A stretch of 64,000 nucleotides of DNA from Isurus oxyrinchus. Lineage: Eukaryota. The DNA lies in the NCBI GenBank assembly GCA_026770705.1, contig JANJGN010000021.1, positions 99,262,001 through 99,326,000 on the forward strand. The letters are read 5' to 3'. Shown in pieces: positions 42,569-53,680 of the stretch. The translations under genes and the position numbers were made by a program. How positions within the stretch are numbered: position 1 is the first letter of the stretch; each line of letters begins with the position of its first letter. A model generated the notes under the pieces. That model saw only the letters and a list, made by a program, of their open reading frames with translations, did not search any database and was not told the DNA's origin.

Positions 42569-43071
42569 CTGAGAATGGTAAAGCTGTCCAACCTGCACAA
42601 TCCTTCCATTGCCTGAAAAGTGTGGTGATCAGTATTCAGCTGGCAATCCTCATCTCAGTGGAAATTGTCTGTATTTGGAAATGCAAGAGGCTGAGACAAG
42701 GATTCTTGAGTCCATTCTCTATATTCCTCCAAATCAAAGCTTTGTTGGTGAGAACCTCCAGGCATCTACTTGGACTAATGATCTGTCTTTACATAAGGGA
42801 GCTCTAGATCAAAAGCTTCAAAACCCTGTCAACTTTATCCTTTTTTTCATAAAGCCTTTTCTTCAACTGCCCACCTTTGCAGAGACCCTATTTGTTTTTC
42901 CTTTTCTAATAGCGACAGATAGTTATACTTCAAGATTACAAATTGTGTGTTAACCAGTTCTTGCAACTTGTTTTAAAAAGAGGCTTGATTTTGTTATAAT
43001 TCAATCATTCTGAGTTTATAGAAAGAAGCTTGGTTAGTGTCTCTTTTATTCAGTGTCAAACAGCAGCAAAG
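42569..43071 (+). pseudogene. Decayed TM exon plus two small cytoplasmic exons of a type I membrane protein gene (possibly a class I paralog)
   Basis: 42569-42700 (132 bp, phase 1-1): AENGKAVQPAQSFHCLKSVVISIQLAILISVEIVCIWKCKRLRQG, donor reads GA. 42913-~42944: ATDSYTSRLQI after a strong pyrimidine tract. 43054-43071 (18 bp, phase 1-1): xSNSSK with cag/gtaaat sites. Confidence 0.4.
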
Positions 43072-43465
43072 GTAAATCATTGGCCATTTTGGTGAGTGAA
43101 TTAAACATTTATGCTAATGATGTGAACTCTGGGGTAGTGGGGCTAGATAAACTGCGCACTCCTCCCATCCTGGCCTTAATAGAACTTCATTCCAGCAAGG
43201 TGGCCTTTTGATGAACATGCGTCACATGATAATCTGTGCAAAAGGGCTTCCTGACATTGTTCATCGGGAACCTTTTCCACCTTAAGCCTGTCTTTACATT
43301 CCCAAGAACATAATTCGTAAAGTTCATCCCGCCATTTGGAAACTGACTTCTGACCTCCCGCCAAATTAACTAATGCACCCACCCAGCTTCCCGCTGCTGG
43401 TGGGGCTGGAAAATTCCATCCAATGACACTACTCCTCCCTTTCTATATTATACAAGATCCCCTTT

Positions 43466-44171
43466 TGTATGACCCTCTTCCTGGTCTAAAGGTTTCTGTC
43501 TTGGATATCAACTCTACACAACAACTTGGATGCAGTTCCACAAAAGGAGATAGACCTTTATTAAACCACTAAGCAATTGTACACACTCACAACAATACCA
43601 GTTACTTATCTTCCCTCTGAGCTGGAGTCCGTCTCATTGGTCAATCCAATGACGAATCCTCCGTGCACGTCTTCTAAACAACTGACCAAATTGCCCTGAC
43701 CGCTGCAGGAATGGTGATTCTGTGGACACTTTATACTTTTTCTTGCTATGACCCTGTGCCCTTTAAGGTAAAGCCAGCTTTTAGTCCATTTAATTGGTTT
43801 TTAATTACATCCCGTACATGTACCCTGGTGTAACCCCCTTTGAAGGTCACACTTGATTTAACAAAGCCAGCTTGACTCCACTTTGTTATCTCCAACACTT
43901 AGCAATCTCCAGAATGGGAAGAAGGCAGCACATTTATTGCCCGTTAATGAAGCTCAGTCTGTTTATCTTCCCTGGTACAAACCCTCCTACAGGTTAGGCC
44001 ATTTTACAGAACTTGCTGATTCTATCAAGGTTTTCACTTGACTAAATTAGCCATCATGCTTTGTGTTTTAAGCCCGCAGTGCAGTTTAGTGCAGTTCTTT
44101 ATATACCTTCCATCTGGGTCCTCCTTATACCTTGATGTTCTGTGTTACCCCCATGAAACGCATTCCACACA
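43466..44171 (-). mobile_element. Possible solo LTR-like element in reverse orientation
   Basis: TGT...ACA ends, reversed polyA signal (tttatt near 43557) and reversed TATA (tttata near 43730). No target-site duplication found. Confidence 0.3.
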
Positions 44172-44340
44172 AGGGGTTAAACCAGAACCAGTCCATATTA
44201 ATTAATATAAAATAAATGAAGAAACAATTACATAGTTGAACTGTGATTGTACATTAATAAGAGAGATAGTATGTTGTTTTAGACCTTCACCACTGAGCAG
44301 ACACTTTGTGATTGCTGATTAACTGTTTGGTCACTGACAG

Positions 44341-44616
44341 GAATTCACATTCTTCAATGGATTCGGTCTGTTGAGGTCACTGAAGATGGCTCCATTAAGA
44401 GATCGATGCGAGTTGGATTTGATGGAAAGGATTATATTAGTTTAGAGCCAGGCAGAATGAGGTGGGTTGCATCCAATCACATTGCAGTGAAGACTAAAGA
44501 GAAATGGGATTCTGATGAAACCTGGAACAACTACTGGGAAAATCATCTACAACAAGTATATGTTCAACGTTTAAAGCAATATTTACAAGCTGGGAAGGAA
44601 TATTTCAAAAGGAAAG
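44341..44616 (+). CDS. MHC class I-like heavy chain, alpha2 exon (nonclassical)
   Basis: cag|GA...G|gtattt, 276 bp, phase 1-1 (canonical class I exon 3 size). GIHILQWIRSVEVTEDGSIKRSMRVGFDGKDYISLEPGRMRWVASNHIAVKTKEKWDSDETWNNYWENHLQQVYVQRLKQYLQAGKEYFKRK, no stops. Confidence 0.95.
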
Positions 44617-44733
44617 GTATTTATTTTATTTTTGACCCCATCTTCTGATCTAACTTCACTGGTCTATGAAAGCGTTCTCCCATTCCATTCAGTGTCTGTC
44701 TATTGTTTGTGTTTTCACCCTTTCCCATTACAG

Positions 44734-45004
44734 TTCAGCCTGAAGTGTTCATCTCCAGAAGTGACCCCAATAGTCAGTACAAGCCGCTCACTCTCTCCTG
44801 CCTGGTTACTGGGTTTTATCCTGTAGACATCGAGGTGAGCTGGCTAAGGAATGGAGAGGTAATGTCTGAGACACTATCCTCGGGGGTTCGACCCAACCAC
44901 GATGGGACCCATCAGATCGAGAAAGAGATTGAAATAAATGCTGAGGATGAGGATCAATACTCCTGTCAAATTGAACACAGCAGCCTGGCAGAGACCCAGC
45001 TCTC
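44734..45004 (+). CDS. MHC class I-like heavy chain, alpha3 (Ig C1-set) exon, 3' end lost in N gap
   Basis: Follows a 117-bp GT-AG intron (44617-44733) in phase 1. VQPEVFIS...LSCLVTGFYPVDIEVSWLRNG...PNHDGTHQ...YSCQIEHSSL has the C1-set Cys-Trp-Cys pattern. Confidence 0.95.
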
Positions 45005-45190
45005 NNNNNNNNNNNNNNNNNNNNNNNNNNNNNNNNNNNNNNNNNNNNNNNNNNNNNNNNNNNNNNNNNNNNNNNNNNNNNNNNNNNNNNNNNNNNNNNN
45101 NNNNNNNNNNNNNNNNNNNNNNNNNNNNNNNNNNNNNNNNNNNNNNNNNNNNNNNNNNNNNNNNNNNNNNNNNNNNNNNNNNNNNNNNNN
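45005..45190. other. Assembly gap (run of N)
   Basis: 186 N bases. Confidence 0.99.
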
Positions 45191-45254
45191 TCATCTGCAG
45201 ACTCACAAAATGCACATTGAGAAAATCTTTCACTGACCATACTGAAAGCTAAAG

Positions 45255-45915
45255 TCTCTACTCAGCAGCTTCCACATAGTATTTGTGGGCCATGCTCTGA
45301 ATCCCGAGACTAAGATCATGCTTCATCAGACAGCAGTGATCCCTGCACTCCCGTCTGCACCAGAGACTTGGACAGCCGACAGCAGGAACCTCAAAGCACT
45401 GGAGAAGTATCATCATTGGTTCCCTCACAAGATTCTCCATATCCAGTGGCAAAAATGACGGAGCAACAGCAGTGTGCTCTTCCAAGCTAACATACCCTGT
45501 ATCAAAGTGTTAACCCCTCAAAATCAGCTCCGCTGTGGATGGAGGATCATATGATTGAGGAGAGCAGAAATCCTTGAGTGAAATCTTCAAGGCATCCATG
45601 AAGAGGAGAAACATCTCACCGAATCACTGGAGAGCCTCGCTTGTGATCAACCAAAACAGAGAAGGGTTAATTCAGGAAGGCACTGAACACATTGAGAGAC
45701 TTTATCAGGAGCAAGCAGAGGCAAAGTCGAGGCATTAGAGAGAGAGAACAAATACCTCTAAAAGCTTCATTTACCTGATTGTTCTTCAAGCACTATCTGT
45801 CCCGCATGTGGCAGAGGCTGCAAATCGCACATTGGACTTATCGACCATCTCAGAACCCACTGAACTGGAGTGGAAACAAGTCATCCTCGATGCCAAGGGA
45901 CTGGCTAAGAAGTGG
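45255..45915 (+). mobile_element. RTE-clade LINE 3' fragment, degenerate
   Basis: Translates to TKIMLHQTAVIPAL..PETWT..LKALEKYH..KILHIQWQ and a terminal C2H2-like CPACGRGCKSHIGLIDHLRTH*, typical of RTE ORF C-termini. Confidence 0.75.
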
Positions 45916-45917
45916 AA

Positions 45918-46925
45918 TATAGAAACAGGATTAAGCTATTCAATCACTTGAGTCTGCTCCACCATTCATTGGGATCCTGACTGATCAGGTCCATTTACCC
46001 AATATTGTTCCATATCTCTCTCTGCTCTTCCCCAGCAAAGATCTCTCCATCTCAGTCTGGAAAATCTCAGTTGATCCCCAGCTCCCACAGCCTCTTGCTG
46101 GAGAGAGTTCCAGATGTCCACTGCCCTTTTTGTGAAGATTCACTTCCTGATTTCACTTCTAAATGACCTCACTCTAATTTGAAGAAGATTCTCTCTTGTT
46201 CAGGATTCCATCATCAGAGAAAATAGTTTCTCTCTCTCAACCCTATCAACTCCCTTTATCATTTTAAACATCTCCATCAGATCATCCTTCACCCTGTTAA
46301 ACACAAGGAAATACATGTCAGCTATATAGAACCTGTCCTCATAACTGAAACCTCTGAGCTGTGAGATCATTCTGCTGAATCTGCACTGTTCCCCCTCCAA
46401 GACCAATATATCTGATGTGAGGTTTGGTGTCCAGAACTGAATGTCATTCTCCAGATGGAGTCTAACCAAAGCTCTGTACAACTGAAGCATCATTTCCTCA
46501 CTTTGTGTTCAAACCCCCTTGAGATAAAGGACAACAGCCCATTAGCCTTTCTGATTGATTTTTTATAACAGTGAACTGGCGTTTAGTGACTTCTGTACAT
46601 AGCCATCCACATCTCTGATTTTGTACAGCTCCTAGACTCTGAACATGATGATAATATTCCAATTTGTCTCTCCCAGATTTAATGTGGGTGATCCCACACT
46701 TCCCAACATTGGGGAAAACTGTTGCAGATGGAATTCACTCATTTAATCTGTCAATGTCCCTTCACTGTGTCTCCTAACTTAGTGTCATCTGTAAACTTGG
46801 ATATACGACTCTCTGTTCCTGCATCCAAGCCATGAATATAGACGGTGAAAAGCTGAGGCCCCAGTCCAGATCCCTGGGGAATACAACTTATCACATCCTG
46901 CCAATGTCCCCGGTCAGACATGGGA
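45918..46925 (-). mobile_element. Older 5'-truncated CR1 LINE
   Basis: ORFs 46200-46493 (LYRALVRLHLE..QFWTP) and 46751-46999 (IPQGSGLGPQLFTVYI..ISKFTDDTKLG) are CR1 RT and C-terminal motifs. Confidence 0.85.
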
Positions 46926-46927
46926 AT

Positions 46928-49900
46928 GAAACATAGAAAATTGGAACAGGAGTAGGTCATTCGGCCCTTTGAGCCTGCTCTGCCCTTCAACATGATCATG
47001 GCTGATCCTCTATCTCAACACCAAAGTCCCCCTCTCTCCCCATACCCCCTGATGCATTCAGAGTTTAGAAACCTATCTATTTCCTTCTTAACTATATTCA
47101 ATGACTTGACTTCCACAGCCCTCTGTGATAGAGAATTCCACAGGCTCATCACCCTCTGAGTGAAGACATTTCTCCTCATTCCAGCACTAAATGGCCTACC
47201 TTGTATCCTGCGATTGTGACTCCTTGTTCTAGACCCCCCAGCCAGAGGAAATATCATCCCTGCATCCAGTCTGTCCAGCCCTGTCAGAATTTTATATGTT
47301 TCAGTGAGATCTCCTCTCATTCTTCTGAGCTCCAGTGAATACAGGCCTGATTGGACAAGCTCTCCTCATACAACAATCCTGCCATCCCAGGAACTAGTCT
47401 GGTGAACCTTCCCTGTACTCCCTCTATGGCAAGAATATCCTTTCTTAGGTAAGGAGACCGAAACTGCACACAGTACTCCAGGTGTGGTCTCACCAAGGCC
47501 CCGGACAGCTGCACTAAAATATCCTCACTCCTGTACTCAAGCCCTATCGCAATGAAGGCCACCATAGAATTTACCTTCTCCACTGCTTGCTGTACCTGCA
47601 TGCTTGCTTTCAGTGATGGATGTACAAGGACACCCAGGTCCCTTTGTACATCAACATTTCCCAATCTATCACCATTTACATAATATTCTGCCATTCTGTT
47701 TTTCCCACCAAAGTGGATAACTTCACACTTATCCACATTATTCTGCATCTGCCATGCATTTGCTGATTCACTCAACTTGTCTAAATCGCCTTGAAGCCTC
47801 TTAACATCCTGCTCACCACTCACATTCCCACCTAGTTTTGTGTTGCCAGCAAACTTGGAAATATTATATATTACATTCCCTCATCCAAATGGCTGATACA
47901 TATTGTGAAAAGCTGGGGCACAAGTACTGATCCTTGTGGTACCCCACTAGTCACTGCCTGCCATTTCAAAAAAGACCCATTTATTCCCATTCTCTGTTTC
48001 CTGTCTGCTAACCAATTATCAATCCATGCCAATGTATTACCCCCAATCCCATATGCTTTAATTTTACACACTAACTTCTTATGTGGGAGTTTATCAAAAG
48101 CTTTCTGGAAATCTAAATACACCACATCCACTTGTTCTCCCTTATCTAATCTGCTAGTTACATCCACAAAAAACTCTGATAGGTTTGTCAAAAATGATTT
48201 CCCTTTCATAAATCCATGTTGACTTTGTTTAATCCTGTTGATATTTTCTAAGTGTCCTGTTATTACATCCTTTCTAATAGACTTGAGCATTTCCCCTACC
48301 ACAGATGTTAGGCTAACCAGTCTTTAATTCCTTGTTTCCTTCCTCCCTCCTTTTCTAAATAGTGGGTTACATTTGCCACCCTCCAATCAGCGGGGACTGT
48401 TCCAGAATCTACAGAATTTCCATGGCCACCTCTTTCAGTACCCTGGGATGTAGATTATGAGGTCCTGAGGATTTATTGGCTTTCGGTCCCATTAATTTCT
48501 CCAGCACTGTTTTTTCAGTAATACTAATTTCCTTCAATTCCTCCTTCTCACTAGGCCCTCGATTCCCTAGCATTTCTGGGAAGTTATTTGTGTCTTCTCC
48601 ATGAAGACAGAACAAAAGTATTTGTTTAATTGCTCTGCCATTTTCATGTTCTCTATTATAAAGTCTCCCGTTTCGGACTGTAAGGGACCTACATTTGTCT
48701 TCACTAATCTTTTTCTTCTTACATACTTATAGAAACTTTTACAGTCCTCTTTTATGCTCCTTGCAAGTTTACTCTCAAACTCTATTTTTCCCCTTTTAAT
48801 CAATCTCTTGGTCTCCCTTTGCTGAATTCTAAACTGCTTCCAATCCTCAAGCTTGTTACTTTTTCAAGCAACTTTCTATGACTCCTCTTTGGATCTAAAA
48901 CTAACCCTAATTTATTTTGTTACCTATGTTTGGGCCATTTTCATGTGTTTTTGTGCCTGAAAGGAATATATAACTCTTGCATTGCAGGCATTCGTTCCTT
49001 CAGTATTAACCATTGCCTATTCACCATCATGCCTTTTAATGAAGTCCCCCAGTCTACCTTAGCCAACTCATGCCCCATTCTTTCATCGTTTCCTTGCTTA
49101 GATTTAGGACCCTAGTTTCAGTTTGGACTACTTCACTTTGCTACCTAAGGAAGAGTTCTATCATGTTATGGTCACTGTTCCCTAAAGGACCCTGCACAAC
49201 AAGATTATTAATGAACCCCTTCCCATTGCACAATACCAAATCTAGGTTAGCCTGTTCACTAGTTGGTTTCTCGATGTACTGTTCTAAAAAAAAATAATCC
49301 TGCACACACTCCAGGAATTGATCTGCCACAGTATTATTGCTAATTCGGTTTGCCCAGTCCATATGTAAATTAAAGTCACCCATGGTCACTGTAGCACCCT
49401 TGTTACATGCATCTCTAATTTCCTGTATAATACCACCTCCTACCTTACCACTACTGTTTAGAGGCCTATAGACAACTCTCTCTAATATTTTCCACCCCTT
49501 GTTGCTTCTTAGCTCCACCCAGACTGATTCTAACTCTAGATTTTCTGAGCCAATATCATCTCTCACTATTGCACTGATCTCATCTTTAACTAACAATGCC
49601 ACGCAACCTCCTTATCCTTTTTGCCTGTCCACCCTAAATACCGAGTACCTTTGGATGTTCAGTTCCCAGCCTTGGCCATCTTGCAGCCATGTCTCCATAA
49701 TTGCAATCATATTGTAACTCTTTACATCTATTTGCGCTGTTAATTCATCTACCTTATTGCGAATGCGCCATGCATTCAGATCCAGAGCCTTTAGACTTGT
49801 CTTTCTACACATCTTTTTGTACTATGGCCCTATTTGCTGCTAGCCCTTGTTCTCTCTGCCTTCCACTTTTGCTTTTTTATTTTTCTGTCTTTCATTCTAT

Positions 49901-51085
49901 CTTTACTTCCCTCTCTTGTGTCTCTCACTCAGGTTTCCATCCCCCTGCCAACCTAGTTTAATCCCTCCCTCACAGTACGAGGGAATACCTTGTGAGGATA
50001 TTGGTCCCAGTCCTGCTGGGGTGCTAACTGTCCAGCTTGTACAGGTCCCATCTTCCCTAAATCAGTCCCAATGCCTCAGGAATTTAAATCCCTCCCTCCT
50101 ACACCATCCTGCCAGCCATGGAATCATCTGATCTATTTTCCTATTCCTGATCTCGCTAGCCCATGGCACTGGGAGTAATCCTGAGATTAATACCTTTGAG
50201 TTCCAGCTTTTTAATTTATTTCCTAGCTCCTTATATTCTGTTTGCAGGACCTCATCTCTATTTTACCGATGTCATTGGTACCGACATGGACAATGATCTG
50301 GCTATTCATCCTCCCCCTTCAGAAAGTCCTGCAGCCGCCCAGTGACATCCTTCACCCTGGAACCAGGGAGGCAAGAAACCATCCTGGTGTCACATCTGTG
50401 GCCACAGAAACATCTATCTGCTCCCCCTACAATAGAATCCCCGATCACTATTGCTCCCCCGCTCTGTTTACTCCCCTGCTGTGCAGCTGAGCCACTCATG
50501 GTGCCACAGACTTGGCTCCTGCTGTATTCCCCGAGACACCATCTCCTTCCAAAATGGAAAAGCTGTTAGAGAGGGAGATGGACCCAGGGGACTCTTACAT
50601 TACCTGCCTAGTGACTTTACTCTATCTGGCAGTCACCCATTCCCTTTCTGTCTGTGCACTCTTCACCTGCGGTGTGACCATCTCACTTTGTGCCATCCAC
50701 GAAGATCTCAGCCCCGCGGATGCTCCACAGTGATCCAGCTGCTACTCCAGATCCAAAAAAGCGGATTTCAAGTAGTTGCAGCTGGAGACACTTCTTACAC
50801 ATATGGTCACAATGAAATCTGGAAGTGCCCCTGACTTCCCACATTGCACAGGAGGAGCATTCCATATGACTTAGCTGCCCTGCCATGACTTACCCTTAAA
50901 TTACTCTCTTTCATATTACTTCCACTAGTTTAGAGAATATTAAGTAGAAACATTCACCAAGGCTGCTGCATTTCTGACTGAGGAAAGGTTGAAACTGAAA
51001 GGATCACCTCATCCCCTCTTCACTGAACTCCCTCAATCACCAAACACCAACTGAAGCACTCATATGCAGCCAAAATCAGCACTCA
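46928..51085 (-). mobile_element. Near full-length degenerate CR1 LINE (ORF1 zinc finger plus SGNH esterase; ORF2 APE plus RT)
   Basis: ORF1 start at 50886 (CSSCAMWE..CKKC) and VIGDSIV esterase motif; ORF2 LNAWRIRNKVDEL, MGDFN, SDHN, QHGFMKGK, VYLDFQKAFD, SGVPQGSVL; 3' tail near 46928. Many stops and frameshifts. The 5' boundary is approximate. Confidence 0.93.
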
Positions 51086-51159
51086 GTGCAGGCAGGGCAA
51101 CACTATAGAAGGATCCGGGAACAGAGAGACAATCCTCATATTATTGAAATGTGTTTCAG

Positions 51160-51276
51160 AAATCCCAGAAAAGAGTGGACAACTCCTGCATCCTGGAATT
51201 GTAACAGGATTAGTGATCGTTGGAATTTGCACGTTTGGGATAATTGCAATCTACATTTGCAAAAGACAACAGAGAG
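51160..51276 (+). CDS. MHC class I-like connecting peptide/transmembrane exon
   Basis: tttcag|AA...G|gtaaga, 117 bp, phase 1-1. EIPEKSGQLLHPGIVTGLVIVGICTFGIIAIYICKRQQR: hydrophobic span plus basic stop-transfer. Confidence 0.88.
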
Positions 51277-51286
51277 GTAAGAATCC

Positions 51287-51629
51287 GAGAGAGGGGAATG
51301 TGGAACTGAGGGGACAGAGTGAGTATGGGCGGAATCTCCAGTACTGGGAGTGCAGGACACTGAGAGGGGAGAGTGAGAGAGAAGGGAATGTAGAATTGAA
51401 GGGACAGAGTGAGTGTGGGGGAATCTCCAGTACTGGGAGTACAGGACACTGAGAGGGGAGAGTGAGAGAGAGGGGAATGTGGAATTGAGGGGACAGAGTG
51501 AGTGTGGGGGAATCTCCAGTACTGGGAGTGCAGGACACTGAGAGGGGAGAGTGAGAGAGAGGGGAATGTGGAACTGAGGGGACAGAGTGAGTGTGGGGGA
51601 ATCTCCAGTACTGGGAGTACAGGACACTG
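51287..51629. repeat. 89-bp intronic minisatellite, about 3.8 copies
   Basis: gaatctccagtactgggag recurs at 51332, 51421, 51510 and 51599. Confidence 0.95.
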
Positions 51630-51955
51630 TGTTGAATGGAACTGATTTAATTCCCCCACACACAGATACACACATATAAACACGTCTTGTTCCCTGTCTG
51701 ACATTCCTTTGAATGATAGGCCCAGACCAGGTCTAATATTGATCATGAAACCCACCACACACACTCACATCCTCACCCACTTAATATCGATGGAATGGAA
51801 GAGATCGACAGGATCTCCATAAAAGTGTACGGATGGAGGGGAGTATGGGAATGAGTATTTCTTACACAATATCCATTCCCTCACACTTGTTGTGTTCTCA
51901 CTCTCCGATAATGGATTATTCCCCATTCTAACTGACATTTATTTTGCTTCTGCAG

Positions 51956-51988
51956 ATTCACCAAGTGTGACCTACACAACAGCTCAGA
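51956..51988 (+). CDS. Class I cytoplasmic exon 1 (33 bp, DSPSVTYTTAQ)
   Basis: tgcag|AT...A|gtaagt, phase 1-1. Same size and YxxA motif as mammalian class I exon 6. Confidence 0.88.
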
Positions 51989-52453
51989 GTAAGTGACTGA
52001 GGGACAGATTGTTGGGAATGAAATAGGAGGGATTGAAAGTTGTAGAATTACATCCTCCTGGGAGTAACTCAGGGTTACACAGGGGGAACCTCATCCTCCT
52101 CTCCCTCACCCTCAACTCCCTCACAACCTGCTCCCTCACCCTCCACGCATTCTCTCTCCAGTCCCTCACCCTCCGCTTGCTGGTTCCTCTAGTCCCTCAG
52201 CCTCCACTCCCTCACTCTCCACTCACTCAAGTTCCACTCACTCAGCCTCCACCCACTTACCCTCCACACCTTGTTTCTGCACCCTCTGCCTCGTCTCCCT
52301 CACCCTCCACTCCCTCGGGGCTCATTTATCATTTGTGAGTCAGTTTAGTTAATACTGAGAGGGGAATGAACCTCAGTGAGTGATATAGAATATCTCAAGC
52401 TCTCGATTTTTATATTTTATTCCATTTCTCACATTTTGTGTTTATTTTCTCAG

Positions 52454-52485
52454 CTTCTGATCTCTCTGTTCCGGAACCTTCCTAA
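52454..52485 (+). CDS. Class I cytoplasmic exon 2, coding part (TSDLSVPEPS*); exon ends at 52489
   Basis: ttctcag|CT..., TAA at 52483-52485, donor gtgagt at 52490. SDxS motif as in class I exon 7. Confidence 0.85.
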
Positions 52486-52534
52486 TTCAGTGAGTGACAT
52501 TTCAATTTTTCCCCCATTGATATTGTTGTAACTT

Positions 52535-52738
52535 TTTCACTGCCCTCCTGACCCTGTCTCACCCTCCCAGACACTGTTAAAACCTGTCAGACTAATTTCA
52601 CTCCCCTCCTGACCCTGTCTCACCCTCCCAGACACTGTTAAAACCTGTCAGACTAATTTCACTGTCCACCTGACCCTGTCTCACCCTCCCAGACACTGTT
52701 AAAACCTGTCAGACTAATTTCACTGCCCTCCTGACCCT
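52535..52738. repeat. 61-bp intronic minisatellite, about 3.3 copies
   Basis: cctgtcagactaatttcac recurs at 61-bp spacing. Confidence 0.95.
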
Positions 52739-52799
52739 GAACCGATTGTTCTGTTTCTGTCCATTCCTTACCTCGTGGGTTTACTGTGTTCCACTGCAG

Positions 52800-53310
52800 G
52801 ACGTTCCCAGAGCCTCATTGATGAATAACTGGATTTCCCTGTTCTAGTGTGAACATGGACATCATCGACCATCCTTCCATATCACAGCAGACACACAGAT
52901 TCACAGCTCATTGTCTACACTGAGTGCTTTGATGATGGAGATCTATTTTTCCTGGGAATGTGCTTCCACAGATTGAACAGTGGATCCTGGATCCACCAGG
53001 TTGGGATCCTGATTCTTCAAGTGGGACTTTCTCAAGTAGTGTTTCCATTCAGTATCCACAATGTGACGGCTCTCACAGTCAAAGGGAACTTCAGGGATGA
53101 TTTTCCCTCACACTTTCTTATCTTCAACAACTTGTTCAGGTCGAGTGATTGACCTGAACAGAGTAAATGTCATGAGGCAACTGAGAGAGACACATTTTAT
53201 ATTAATAGAAGCTGATCTATTTTGCACTTTCTGTAGTGTCAGATTTACACTGTTATATAATGTACATGTATAAAATTTTATGATTAAAGTATATTCATGG
53301 ACAAAAACCT
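52800..53310 (+). other. Non-coding terminal (3'UTR) exon of the + strand class I gene
   Basis: Acceptor ccactgcag conserved in the inverted paralog (61375); ATTAAA at 53283-53288 in an AT-rich tract. End inferred. Confidence 0.65.
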
Positions 53311-53574
53311 CATCATCAATGTGTCACTACAAGTGCTGATCATTGTGGTTTGTTGTCAATAAGTAATTGTCAGTAGTTGACTTCTCTGAATTCCTGTTGA
53401 ATGATTTCACAAGAAATGTTTAATTCATTCACTCAGCAGCTTGTAGGTCTTGGATTTGGCAATTGTTGGAGTTCATTTCAATGTGAACGGGGTGAATTAA
53501 AGTGAGTGTGAAATTTTCCCATCCCATTCTCATCAGACATCATGGACTCCGAAGGCATGAGGTGTCTGGGGATA

Positions 53575-53680
53575 GAGCTGGTCAATGGCATCGAGATAGA
53601 GGGACCCTATGATCATATTGAATTGCGGAGCAGGCTCGAAGAGCTGAGTGACCTACTCCTGCTCCTAGTTTCTATGTTTC
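53575..53680 (+). mobile_element. CR1-type 3' terminal fragment
   Basis: gatcatattgaattgcggagcaggctcgaagagctgagtgacctactcctgctcctagtttctatgtttc. Confidence 0.75.

Noticed and set aside
43621-43770. Class I promoter (ATTGG, CCAAT, TGACG) and leader exon MVILWTLYTFSCYDPVPFK|gt
   Set aside because: Box order and spacing do not fit an S-X-Y module, the peptide is a poor signal sequence, its phase-0 donor is out of frame with the phase-1 alpha2 exon, and it lies in an LTR-like segment.
51136-51764. ORFs of 95-184 aa overlapping the TM exon region
   Set aside because: Products of the 89-bp minisatellite; only 51160-51276 on the + strand has exon features.
51956-51988. ITIM in VTYTTA
   Set aside because: The +3 residue is Ala rather than Leu/Val; it fits the class I YxxA motif better.
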